In this document: in pieces, positions 50,463 to 63,166 of the stretch
Numbering within the stretch: position 1 is the stretch's first letter
Layout: each line of letters begins with the position of its first letter
Assembly (NCBI GenBank): GCA_951406725.2
Contig: OX597815.1
Span: 123,194,001-123,258,000 of the forward strand
Direction of reading: 5' to 3'
Origin: Octopus vulgaris
Lineage: Eukaryota
Length of the DNA: 64,000 bases
Notes under the pieces: generated by a model
Databases searched by the model: none
What the model was told of the DNA's origin: nothing
The model's input: only the letters and a program-made list of their open reading frames with translations
Position numbers and translations under genes: made by a program

Positions 50463-51470
50463 ATCATCATCATCATCATCGTTTAACGTCCACTGTCCAT
50501 GCTAGCATGGGTTGGACAGTTTGAGGGCTGGCAAGCCAGAAGGCAGCACCAGGCTCCAGTCTGATCTGGCAAAGTTTCTGCAGCTGGATGCCCTTCTTAA
50601 CGCCAACCTCTCCGAGAGTGTAGTGGGTGCTTTTTACGTGCCACCGGCATGAAGGCCAGTCAGGTAGTACTGGCATTGACCACGCTTGAATGGTGCTTTT
50701 TACATGCCACCGGCATGGGAGCCAGTCAGGCAACATTGACATCAACCATGCTTGAATGGTGCTTTTTATGTGCCACTGGTACAAGTGCCAGTTAGGCAGT
50801 ACTGGCATCGGCCACGGCAATGACTTCACTTGACTCAACAGATCTTCCCAAGCACAGTTTGTTGCCCAGTGATTAAGGGTACTATTAAATGGGCTGGTTA
50901 TGCTGCACTGGCATAGGCCATGGTTATGGTCTCACTTGGCTTGCCGGGTCTTCTCAAGCCCAGCATATCTCCAAAGGTCTCAGTCACTTTTCATCGCCCC
51001 CATGAGGCCCAGCTTTCAAAGGTCGTGCTTCACCACCTCCTCCCAAGTCTTCCTGTGTCTACCTCTTCCACAGGTTCTCTCTACTACTAGGGTGTGACAC
51101 TTTTTCACACAGCTGTCCTCATCCATATGCAATACACGACCATACCAGCGTAGTCCTCTCTCTTGCACACCACATCTGATGCTTCTTATGTCCAACCTTT
51201 CTCTCAGGGCGCTTACACTCTGTTGTGTATGCACACTGACATTACACATCTAGCGAATCATATTAGCTTCATTTCTTGGAAGCTTATGCATGTCCTCAGC
51301 AGTCATGGCCCATGTTTCACTGCCATGTAGCATGGCTGTTTGCACATAAGCATCATACGGTCTACCTTTTACTCTGAGTGAGAGGCCCTTTGTCACCAGC
51401 AGAGGTGGAAGCTCTCTGAACTTTGCCCAAGCTATTCTTATTCTAGCAGCTACACTCTCAGAGCATCTAC
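50463..51470 (-). mobile_element. RTE LINE 3' fragment
   Basis: ORF 51016-51249: SIRCGVQERGLRWYGRVLHMDEDSCVKKC...GRGRHRKTWEEVVKHDL. Same UTR and tail. Confidence 0.88.
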
Positions 51471-52346
51471 TGACTTACTGTGATATAGGTAATGGAAGCT
51501 ATAAATAGACTTATAATATTATTGATTACGAATAAAAGGATCTACCTTTAAATCTAAATGTTAAAATTTCAATATCAAAGATGAAAGATTCTAGTAGATA
51601 AAAAAAAAAGGTCCAACTTTAGTGAGGTAATTTGTCAAAATTCTAAATAGAAACAGAAATTTCATATCAGAAGCACAGAAGAATAGAATTTGAGTTGATG
51701 CGACAGGTATTGATGGTTCATTATAATAAATGAAAAATATTGATATGAACTAGTTGCCGATCTTTATTTATCAAGAAAGATATGAGTGAAGTGTTGGATG
51801 ATGAGAAACCCAAATGGAAAGATTTGATACTGTTAATTTTTTTAGTCTGTACCAAAATAAACATCAACTTACGGTTATGCTAATGATAACCATCAGTGTT
51901 AGCATTAATGGCAGTGGAGTTTTCCTTTCTGTTTGCATTGATTAAATGAGTTAATTTTTAGCTAATTACTATATGTTGCTCTCTTTGTTGTTTAATACTC
52001 ATTACTATATCCTTGCTTTACAATATAAAACTCAGGTTGATAATTTAGACTAAATTCGATTACATTTTTAATCATCTAAATTCACTATTCCTAATTATCT
52101 TTTAAATCTGTATTCATATCATTATTTCATTATCTTCTGCTGTATAACTGTTGATACACAAATTGGAGATAAATATGTAAAACAAAAAAATTATTTTCCA
52201 AATTAAAAGTCTACTAAAATTAATTATGAGGGTGAGATAATCTCACAGATTATCTCACTCCTTAGTATTTCTTTGAGTACTGTAAACTTTTGACAGTTGA
52301 TTATTATAGAAATTGCAGTTCTAATAAGTGTGTTTTTGTAATCTAG

Positions 52347-52479
52347 GTTTTATCTGCTGAGCAGGAGCGTTGCCGACGTAAAGTAACTTACCAGTCTTCT
52401 CCTACCTATGAAGACAACAATGCAGAAACACATGAAAAACGAACTAGGTTTTCATTTCCTCAGGATCAAGAATCAATTG
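52347..52479 (+). CDS. GAPVD1: GAPVD1 coding exon 5 (VLSAEQERCRRKV...EKRTRFSFPQDQESI)
   Basis: atctag|GTT...ATT G|gtaaag, 133 nt, phase 0-1, open frame. KRTRFS resembles human KTLRFS. Not listed in the ORF track. Confidence 0.87.
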
Positions 52480-54643
52480 GTAAAGAACTTGTTTATTGAA
52501 TTATTTGTATGCCTGTGTGAGTGAGAGTAAATTTATATGTGAGTGAGTCAGAAAATAAACAGTTTGGATTGCTGCTATTTCTATAAACCCCCACCTAATA
52601 TAAGCTGAACTGCTTACAGGTAGTGAATTGGCAGAGTCATTGGAGTATTGGATAGAATGTCTTGTGGCTCTGTGCTCTTATGTTCAAATCCTATTGAGAT
52701 CATCTTTACCTTTCATCATTTTTGGGGTCAATAGAAAAGTACCAATCCAGTGGGTGGAGGTGGATTATAGGATTATCATTATGGGAATGTTGGACTGGGT
52801 GCCTTGTGGTATTTGTTTTGACTCCATACATTCTGAGTTTGAATCCTGCCATAGCCTACTTAGTTGTTGGGAGCCTTAATCCATAACCTGGGTTAACACT
52901 ATTGCAGCAGAGATTTGAAACTGAATCACTAGGTAACCAATCACACACCATTACTGAACAACAGTAGTTTCACATGATCAATCTGTTAAGCAACCAATTA
53001 GCATCAAGCCATTGTGTGAGTCAATCTTCTAGAATCTTCTCTTTTTGCTTTATAAAAAGCTGCTTTTAGTGATAATTACAGAATGTTGAGACAGTCTCCA
53101 TTCTTGCCACACCCTGATGACCCAGGAAGATGGTTAAAACAGATGGGAGATAGACAACAGGAATCTCTGCTGCCATGAATATAGCACAGTGTGTCCAGTT
53201 ATGTTGTGCCAGCCACAAGTTACACTATCAGTAAACTCGTCATAAACTCCAAGCAGTATGTCTCTCCCCGTATGTAATTATTGTTGTTATTTATAAAATA
53301 CCAACACAGTTAAGTTCTATGTGCAATACTAAAATCTTCTGTTAATTGTTTGTGGGTGTCATCAGTTACTTCTTCACACAGCCCAAGAAGCACATTTTCA
53401 TTCCTCAATGCAACTAGTCAGCTCCACAAACCAGCCAACGAACCCACTATCATGCGGTATTTGGGTGGTTTTACTGTGGCAAACATTCAGATCAAGTCTC
53501 TGGTTTGAGGATACCTCCTTCCTACCATCCTTGGAAGTTTTGCAAAAGACATCGGCACTACTTTCTCTCTTTACCAAAAGAGAATAAAAAAAATTGCTCT
53601 CTTTTCTAAGCATTTTATAATAAAATATGAAACCCTTTCAGCCCCCTACTCTGATGCTCTGAAACTGAAATACATTTTAACACTTTTAAATACTTGTCTT
53701 TTGTCAATATTGCTTTAATAGTAGAACCACAAAGATACACTGTTCTTTGATTAACATGTTTCATACCGGTCACCTGTATCAATGGATGACTTTATTGTTG
53801 AGAAGTTTCACTATTAAGATTCTCAAAGATCTCAGATGCTATGAAATAACACAGAAACTTTCTCATGCACATTTTATGAGACTTCTTTGACTCATTATTC
53901 TGTTGTTTTATCAGTTGATTGAACAGGTGTTCCATTAAACATGTAAAAATGTCAGTCCCATAACTTAGGCTTATACAAGTTGTTCATTTATACTAGAACG
54001 CTAAATTCTTTCCCTGTTTACATATGTTTCTTTACTATTTGTGAAATAATCCATTAAATGAATAAAAATTCAGAAACTTTGTTTTAAGCAAGTAATGTTC
54101 TAAGGTCACACTCTTCATTTTCATGCTGCTAAATGGGTTACAACTGCTTCAATTCAAATCCCATTATTTATTATTTCTGTGAATCTATCCAAGAAATTAA
54201 TACAGTAAATATCCATAGATATTACTAAATTGAAGAAATTGAATTTCCATGACAATTAGATAGCACCAAAGTAATTTAAATCTTAAATTCCAAAACAAAT
54301 TATATACTCATCTCTCTGAACAAAATATAAATTGTATCTCAGAAAAATGTGAGAGATAAGCAAACTCCTTATCCCATTCTATTGGTTTACTACTGAACCA
54401 TGTCTCTCTCTAATTTTGTTTATTTTTGCTGCTACTACTACTACTATTGTCTTGCTCCTGCATTTCTAGACTTATTTGTGTCCATTCACCAAAATACAGT
54501 ATCACATTGTCTTTCTGTATCAAAAACCATTGTAACTCCTACCATATTTTTATTCCTTCAGCATTTCAGTTCAGTGATTAGACATAGTAATGTTATCATC
54601 CAACTATTCAAGTGCTATAAAGACTCCACATAATTACTTTATA

Positions 54644-55706
54644 CAGGGTGTGGATGGTATTTGAGGACACATGCATTTTTAGTCATTATTTTATTGAACT
54701 TCTCTTTCAGAAAATAACAATGACAGGTCCTATGCTTACTAATGAAATGAAAATGCATGCTGTGATTGTGGCATTGAAGGCTAAGCATGGTGATTTCAAA
54801 ATTTCTTGTTTTCTGAAAGTTGCAAGATGTGTGTCAGACAAACAATCAGAAATGTTGTGCATGAAGACATCAGATACAAATCTTATGTGATGATGAGAGA
54901 TCAATTCATGCCAGAAAAAAACAAAAGAAAACCATTTAATCAGATCCAAAGGACTTTTGAACAAACTTAAAAATCCATCAGAAGATGGTGTGATTTGGTT
55001 TTTCTCAGTTGAGAAAAACTTTGACCAGGACCAGAAAACTAAGGGAAGAAATGACAGATGGCTATGTGCAGACCCTTCTGAGGTTCCAAGAGTAATGCAC
55101 ACTAAATTTCTTGCAAGTGTCATGGTTTTGGGTGTCGTTAGCAATGAAGGACATATGATGCCTCCTCACTTTTTTCCGCAAGGCCTTAGGGTGAATGCTG
55201 CTGCATATATTGAGGTTCTGGACAAGGTTGTTAAACCTTGGATTGACACTGTATGGAATAGAAAGTCTTATGTCTTTCAACAAGATTCTGCACCATCACA
55301 CAAAGCTCAAATGACACAAGAATGGATGCCTGACTATTTGCATGGTCACATCAACCCTGATACTTGGCCTCCTAATTCTCCAGATCTCAATCCATTTGAC
55401 TACTATGTATGGAGCATTGTTGAGAAAAATGTCAGTGAACCCCACCAGCACCAAAGATTCTTTGAAAGCCACCATAGTTCGAGTCACGTCTGATATGAAC
55501 AAGGACACTTAATCCAAGCTTGTAAATGATTTCAACCCTGCATAGAGGCAGTTATTAATGCTTGTAGTGGTTTTATTGAATGAAATTATTAAATTTATAA
55601 TTTAGCTTTATGTTCGTTATTTTTATAAAAATACAGTTTTTTCTGTTATTATATAAGCATTTTTTTAAAAACCTTAAATCTGTCCTCAAATACTGTCTGT
55701 ACCCTG
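54644..55706 (+). mobile_element. Degenerate Tc1/mariner element, DD37D (maT) family, internally deleted
   Basis: TA-flanked imperfect TIRs CAGGGT(n7)GTATTTGAGGACA at both ends. ORF 54957-55493 has FFSVEK (first catalytic D lost), FQQDSAPSH and WPPNSPDLNPFDY, with 37-residue D-D spacing. Stops and frameshifts present. Confidence 0.88.
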
Positions 55707-56310
55707 TATATAGAGAGCTGAAGGTGAACATAAATACAAGTTTATATATTTATAACCTACAGGGTTTACTAATAATCATTATGTATCAGAGCTAAGGTTA
55801 ACCAGGTATCAATAAAGCCCTGTAAGAAATAATTTTGTGAAGGGAATGAAAAATTTTCATTTCTAGGTTAATTAAAACAATAATTTACAAAATATTAAAT
55901 TGTATTAACCCATTGTATTAAATTGTATTAACCCACTGATTGTGTTTCAATTTCATTTTCAAATTTTCAAAGAATTAAGTAATATTACTTTCTCATTACT
56001 GAACTGGTTCTCAGAACACAAACCAAGACAAAATTTTAATGGAAGGTTTTAATTAAAATCACTTTAAAACAGAAAATTATCTCAAAGAACCGGAGGAAGT
56101 CTCAGGTGGATTGGTATTAAATGGATTAAAGGAGTATAAAAACAAGACAAGCAACATTGATTTGAATTAGTAGGTTGGTTTTTGATGTTGATCAAAGTAG
56201 AGGAATGGAAAAATAAAATGGCCAAAATTAATTATACTTTATTTGTAAATAGCCATCAAGTTTTCTAGATGCACAGGTTGTGTCTGTTATAAAAAGAACT
56301 AAGATTTTAC

Positions 56311-56808
56311 AGAGACAAAGTGGCTGAGTTCCTTTCAAGTGTTAGGCCTCATGGAGGCAAAAGGGCTGAGTTCGTTTCTAGCGTTGGGCCTCACGGAGAC
56401 AAAATGGTCAAGTTCCTTTCGAGGGTTGGCCTTCATGGAGGCAAGGTGGCTGAGTTCTTTTTGAGCGTTGAGCCTCACAGAGGCAATGACAAGACCTTTG
56501 ACATTACATTGTGCTTGAGAAGAAAACCCATCAAGCTGAGAAAAATTGCAGTTGTGGCAGATATTGGTGTCACACAAATTGGTACCCATGACAGTGGCAT
56601 GTAAATGCACCCTTGTGTCACAAATGGCATGTAAAAGCACCCATTACACTCTCAGAACAGTTAGTGTTAGGAAGGGCATCCGGCCATAGAAAACCATGCC
56701 AAATCAGACTGGATTCTGGTGCAGCCTTCCAATGCACCAGCCCAGTCAAACTATCCAACCCATGCCATCAATGACAATGGACATTAAATGATGATGATGA
56801 TGATGATG
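56311..56808 (+). mobile_element. RTE 3' fragment beginning with four 42-bp tandem repeats
   Basis: Unit approximately GGAGGCAAAGTGGCTGAGTTCCTTTCGAGCGTTGGGCCTCAC x4 (56311-56478), then the RTE terminus and (GAT)n. Confidence 0.8.
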
Positions 56809-56924
56809 AGTAACAACCACATATTCTCATTCCTTTTTATTTTATTTCAGCAAATTATATTGTAAGAAAATAAAAATTCTGTAGGAATATTTACCCATTT
56901 TTTTCCTCAACTTTTTTCTTTTAG

Positions 56925-57200
56925 GTAATACTAGTGATATTCAAGAGGCTATTTCTGAAGTGGCATCAAGCCATTCAGTAGGTTCTTTAGAGAATGACAA
57001 TGACAATTTTTCTGATATGATTTCTGCAAATGTAAGTGGACGAGGGACTCCAAATGTTAGCGGGAGAGACACACCACTCTCTCAAGCAGAAAGTGTTGAA
57101 GAAAGACGAGCACCTGATCTACCAGAGACTGTCCAGAAACAAAATCGAGAAGATGTTACTGAGAGATTTGGCAAATTTGAAATCAAATCTGAATTAGAGA
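56925..57200 (+). CDS. GAPVD1: GAPVD1 coding exon 6 (GNTSDIQEAISEVASSHSVGSLE...NVSGRGTPNVSGRDTP...RFGKFEIKSELE)
   Basis: cttttag|GT...GAG A|gtatgt, 276 nt, phase 1-1. EAISE..S.SVGSL and KFEI match human EGISE..SNSVSSL and KFEIR. Confidence 0.9.
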
Positions 57201-58474
57201 GTATGTATACATTTTAATATATCTTTGTTGATATAATTAGATAAATTGATATTTTTGCTGGAATTATTTCATTACAGAATGGACTTCCAAGCTTTATCTA
57301 TTATGATGAAGTAAGATGAGTAACTATTTAGTTAGGTAAACAAAAGTAAATAGAATATCTCTCTGTCAAAAGGTAGGTTTATAGTTTTCCTTTTAAATTG
57401 CTACAAGTTAAGTTTTAGAAAAATTCATTTCATTTCATTTCACTTATTTCAATAGTTCAGCTTTTAGGGTGTTTTTGAATTCAGCATTTTGCCACATGCT
57501 CTTCACAGATTTTACATCTTCATAAATATTTCCACCTTGAGATAGAGAGCTAAATAGCATGACTATAACTTGTCTATAATGACTACATGCCCCGTTGGTG
57601 TTTGATCAGTGGTTAAGGACGGTTGAGAATTAATTTTATAATGCAATCATTCTATTGCTCCGGTCCCAAATTGAATTCCAACTGTTGACCAATTTGCCCC
57701 AAAGTTCTTATCTTGACATAAAATTAACAAGGTGAATGTCATTATCTCTCCCTTGATCTCTAACATCATCTAACGAACACCAACCAAGATGGTGTGAATC
57801 AGCAAAGCTTTACCTGCTAGAAATAGCAACCCAAATGCTTTTGAATCAAATCCAAATGCTAGATGTTCAAGAAACAAATGAAGGGTAGATTTTCAATCCC
57901 AGGATCATTTTGATTTCAAAAAGGTATAAAATGTCTATGTAGATCAAATGTACACTGAGATACAGGGGTCCTGGACAGACAGAATTTCACATTTATTAAT
58001 ATAGATTATCCATAGGTATGTAATTATTTAGTTGCCTTCAAACATTGCTAATGTATTAATGGGCTAGATTTGTTTTGAAAATTATTTTGTATTTTTCAAT
58101 AAAATGAAACTTCAGCATCAATTTACACCTACTCATTAAACATTTAATTTTAATTTTGGTTTTCTGTTTGTCTAACAGTATATGACATTCTTCTTTCAGA
58201 GTAACTGCTTTACTCTTTGTAGGTCCTGAAGTGACTTATTAGGCCAACATTGACATAACATCCACAATTACTGTTGAGTGGAGTGAGAGCATATAACAGA
58301 ATCAGGACCTACTGTACAGCCCTCTTCTTTTTAGTTTTTCTGATTATTTCTGATTCTGAGTGATATATTCCAGAGTACACAGCACTACACTACATTCAGT
58401 GATCTTTTGTTATTGGAAATAAATACAGTGTTAAATACATTTTGACTAATCATATTGATTAATATTTACTGTAG

Positions 58475-58617
58475 ACGAAACCAAATCCACTGTTAGTGAC
58501 ACATGGAGTACTGATGTACTGGCTAGTGATTCTGAAGGTCCAGACCAGAACCAACTAGAGCGCTTGGAAGAGGTTACAGAAGAAATGGTTCGACAAAATT
58601 TGCTTGGAGTAGCTGAG
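58475..58617 (+). CDS. GAPVD1: GAPVD1 coding exon 7 (ETKSTVSDTWSTDVLASDSE...RLEEV...LLGVAE)
   Basis: ctgtag|AC...GAG|gttagt, 143 nt, phase 1-0. TVSDTWSTDVLASD resembles human TVSETWSTDVLGSD. Confidence 0.9.
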
Positions 58618-58750
58618 GTTAGTACTTTCTTTGTTACGGGATATATATAGCTTCACATTTTTATTTTCATGGATTTTGTTTTTGCAAATTTTTATATTCT
58701 AAAATGATTTACACTGTTAAAGACTCCTCCACCTAATTTTTGTAATTTAG

Positions 58751-58855
58751 CCTGTGTCTGAAGTCTCAGAAACAGCAAGTGATGCCTGGAGTACTGATGT
58801 TTTAGCTAGTGACACTGAAGAAAAACAGGCTGAGTTGATTCAAGAAATAGAACAG
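58751..58855 (+). CDS. GAPVD1: GAPVD1 coding exon 8 (PVSEVSETASDAWSTDVLASDTEEKQAELIQEIEQ)
   Basis: atttag|CCT...CAG|gtaaat, 105 nt, phase 0-0. Resembles human ISETTSEAWSVEVLPSD..KQEERLQELE. Confidence 0.9.
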
Positions 58856-59217
58856 GTAAATATAGTTATCTTATGTTATCTATATATGTATTTGTTTCCT
58901 GTTTTGCCGCTTATGTTTACTTATTTTTACACAATATATATACATTCTGAAGAAAAATATAATCAAATGCCTTTTTATATTACTGATTAACATATATAAT
59001 CACTTTCTAAAATTATCATCATTACTATTTATTTGTCCATACACAGAGTTGCTGATAAGCCTGTAATAAAGTATCTCCTTTTCTGTTTCACTCCTGATGT
59101 ATAATGGTATCTGGGTTTGTGAGATATAGATGTTTGTAAACATACATATAAAACAATACCTTCTCTTTGAATTATATTCCCTTTTTATTCAATAGTCAAT
59201 TCAAAACCGTGTGTGTG

Positions 59218-59269
<52 letters not shown>

Positions 59270-59273
<4 letters not shown>

Positions 59274-59850
59274 GCAAGAGAGAAGACTGCATTGATTTAA
59301 TCATGTGATGTATATGGATGAGGGCAGTTGCACAAAGAAATGCTGCTCGTTTAAAGTGTATGGAAGCGAGAGACCCAGAAAAACGTGGGATGAAGTATGG
59401 AAGGCTGATCTCAAAATACTTAGCCTTACAAAGGATGGCAGTATATGGCACATTGCTGTTCTCAAGATGACCTACCCACCACAACAAAACAGAACAGAAT
59501 TGATATCCTAAAACTGCCTTGGTAATGTTTGCCCATGAAGGGCACTGGGGCTGGTGCTGGTACCACATAAAAAGCACTGGTGATGGTGCCACATAAAAAG
59601 TACTGGTGCTGGTTCATGTAAAAACACTGTTGATGGTGCTATGGAAACAGCACTGGTGATGGTGCCATGGGAAAAGCATTGGTGCTGGTGCCACATAAAA
59701 TGCACTGGTGATGGTGCCATGTAAAAAGCATCCAGTACACTCTGTAAAGTGGTTGGCTTTACAAAGGGCATCCAGTGGCTCCTAGCCTTGCCAGCTCCTG
59801 TCAAATTATCCAACTCATGGAAAATGGACATTAAAGATGACGATAGTGAT
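59270..59850 (+). mobile_element. RTE 3' fragment with about seven 26-bp repeats
   Basis: RPRKTWDEVWKADL. Unit approximately CTGGTGATGGTGCCACATAAAAAGCA at 59551-59730. Confidence 0.8.
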
Positions 59851-61393
59851 TGTGTGTGTGTGCATGTGTGTTAATTTAAAAATAAATTTTTGAGCCAACT
59901 TGTGATGGAAGCTATTCTAGCTATGAACCACCTCATCTTTTCCCTGACTTAGTCTCTCTTCTGAGCTACATTATCCATTATACATATATTTAAGATGTTA
60001 GGGTGTAGTTTGAAGAAATTTGGCTGCTACTTTTAGCAGGCTGAGCAACTTCATAGAGACTTCCACATACTGAAATTGTACACTATTTCTTTTCTGAATA
60101 ATCTAATTTTAGAACTTCATGAATAAAACAAAAAAAAAAACAATTCAATAAATTTCATTTTCTTAAACCCAATCTGCTAAGTATTTAATTTTTATTTATT
60201 ATTGAATTTGTTTTTAAATAATTTTTTCTTTCCAAAGGCTTATATCATTAGACATGTCTAGATTTCAAGTTACTTTGAGCTGACAACTGTAAATGGTTAG
60301 TCATTTCAAAAGTACTTAACTGTCTAGATCTTGTCTTTATTCTCAAATTCAGTAATTAATTCCTAATTAGATTTTATTTGATTTAGTTCGTTTAAGAAAA
60401 AACAGCAAGAGAGGCGCCATACTGCAGGCTTATCCAGTTAATTTTGGTATGGGGTTAAATAGATATAAAAAGATGTTTTTTTGTAAAATTTCTAATGTTA
60501 TTAATGGATAGTTATGTTGCTGCTCTTTTGAGAAAGAGCTACTCTGGGTTGTTCTACCCAACTTCCTTCACTTGGTCTGAAATTTAATATTTGGGTTATT
60601 TCCTTCCAGTGACAAAAGGTCAACCCTATTAAATGGTTATACTACTAAATTTAATTGTACATATATATCTGTTTTAGCTTTGTTATATTTCCTACTTTCG
60701 TATAGTCTTAACATTCCCTGCCCTTATTTTTCTGTATTCATACTAACAGTTTATTAACTTTATTTCTTTGCACATACTTAATTAATTTTCTCTTCACTTT
60801 CTAACCAGTTAGGTGATTTGTTTCATTTACATTAATTGTCTTCTTCCTTTCTTTCCTGTAGCATTTAGTTGGTTCTCTAAAATTTATTAGGTTTTGTATT
60901 TTTTGTCCTTTTTTACTTAAGCTTTGTTTTATTATTACTCTATAAGGTTTTATTCATTTGAATGCAGAAATATTTGAATTAGAACATAGGATTATGTTCT
61001 TACATTTGCCATGTAATTTAACAGAACTTTGGAAATTAAAGTCTTAAAGGAATTAAAACTAACCCTTAAGAATTAATATCAAGAATTTACTTACACAGTA
61101 TGATGCTGTCAAATTTAGCTCATATTCTTTGACTCTACTATATTACAACTCACTAATCCTTTACAATTTTCTCAGGTTAAATTAATCTTTTGAAATGAAA
61201 TTTATCTTTAAAAAATTCCTTTTCTTGCAGCTAAGAAAACAATCTTCATTTTACTGGAGTTCATTAAAATGTTTCCAACATATTTGGTTTGCTTTCACAC
61301 ACCTAAACCAACTAACTGTAACATTTTAACCTATTCCTACCTATCTTAGCTTTCCATTCGTTTCTTGAGTAGATAAATTTCTTCTTAACCTAG

Positions 61394-61490
61394 GATGATA
61401 TGAACAGTGTTACTGACAGGTCCCTCAATCAAGATGAACTAGAATCTTCCTGTACACTAGACAGGAATGAACAAACACCATTAGCCTCAG
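61394..61490 (+). CDS. GAPVD1: GAPVD1 coding exon 9 (DDMNSVTDRSLNQDELESSCTLDRNEQTPLAS)
   Basis: cctag|GAT...TCA G|gtaatt, 97 nt, phase 0-1, open frame. It bridges the phase of exon 8 to exon 10. Homology support is weak. Confidence 0.78.
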
Positions 61491-63166
61491 GTAATTAATC
61501 TTTTATTATTTTACTCTTAAAATTTGGGTCTGTTCTCTGCCTTCAGCCTTAATTTGCCAAATTTTTATGATTGTCCTTTAGAAGAAACTTTTATATGATA
61601 AAACAGACCATATTTTGACTGGTGGAGTTTTCATCACCACTAATAACAAATTGTTGAATTAGTGAAATAAGAAATATCAGAACAGTAAACTGGTTTTCCA
61701 TTTAATGTGCAGAATATATTTGTTGAAAATATGCAGTATGTGTTCTAGATTTGTCATTTCGAATTAGTTTTCCATACTGAAGTGGAATACTCTTGGTTCC
61801 TTGAGCCATTGTTGAAGTACAGGAATAAATAATTAGATAGAAAAAAAAATTGTAGTGAGTTATAGTTTATTTCATCTAATTATTAATTAATTAAGAACTT
61901 TAGAGGAAAGTAGTCATTAAGATGAACAATTACTATTTGTCATTGGATGTAAAAGTGAGGTTTAGTAGTGTTGATGATAAAATAAGATGCAGGTGGGAGT
62001 AGTATGATGAAGTGAATTTAACAAAGGATAAGCAATTTTACATAAGCAGAGACCATTGTAGTTATAATAGATGTGATGGTGGAATTGTATAGTTTAATGC
62101 TATGTGATAGAATAAGGACAGTTTATTGTGGAAAGTGGAATTAGGTTCTACTTAGAGAGAATGTAGATACTTTTTTCTTTATTAATGAAACTGAAAAAAC
62201 CTAGTTAGTGATTGCTAGATCTGTAAATAGATTTGGAATTTTTAAAAGAATAGAAAGAGAATTGAACTTTTAGCACATAACTTCAAGTGACTGAATGAAA
62301 TAGGGAAGAGATTACTGCTGCAGAGAAAGAATAGGATCATCAGATCCTTGGAGAGTTCCTTTTTTTATCAAAAATATGCTCCTTTGATCTATGTCAAACT
62401 GGAGTTGTTAGGAAAGAAGCAACTAGCCTATATAAATAGTGGAATTTTGTCGAAAAGAAGAAAATTAAGTAATGCAAAATTTATTTTGACATGACTTCTA
62501 TGTAACATGAAAGCCAATGGGAAAATAAGTTTTATTTTTATGGAACTTTATGTTTATGTAAGATTTTCATAAACACAACACTTCAGTAATATAGAGGATA
62601 CTTGTGCATATATTAATGAATTTCATATGACTTATATAAGCATGGAAAAGAGAACATTAAAATGATGATGATGATGATGATTGGTGTATGTATGTACTCA
62701 GCACTCTCTGTAATGTGGTTGGTGTTAGGAAAGACATTCAGCTGTAGAAACCATACTAAGAAACTCTGGAGCATGACACAGTCTTCTGACCTGTTGGATC
62801 CTGTCAAACTGTCCAACCCATTTCAAATGTTAAATGATGATGATGTATGTATGCATTTAAAGAATTTCTACTGTCAATTTTATTTTATTTCATTTAACTC
62901 CTTTTCCCTAATTAATTGGTCATATAGGTCTGTTAGATCTTTATAACATATATGGTAATATGGAGTTATTAGAACTGATAGTTCATCTAACTGCTATAGC
63001 GCAGAAGCATTACACATCAAATTTTACTAACTGTATGCTCTGAGAAATAATCATGATTACCTACTTATTTGACTATGTCTTATATTTACTTTACAGTTGA
63101 TGTGCATTTTAATGGAATTTCCATTTAGTTAAATATTTAAAATATTTTTTCTGTTGCTTTTTTAAG

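Noticed and set aside
54957-55493. Functional or domesticated transposase
   Set aside because: The first catalytic Asp is replaced by Val, the N-terminal region is deleted and interrupted by stops, and the C-terminus is frameshifted.
60387-60446. 60-nt ag...gt segment as an extra GAPVD1 cassette exon; also weak hairpin potential over 60402-60522
   Set aside because: It is open only in phase 1 but lies in a phase-0 intron, where it reads TTC GTT TAA. It could only be a poison exon, and there is no evidence without RNA-seq.
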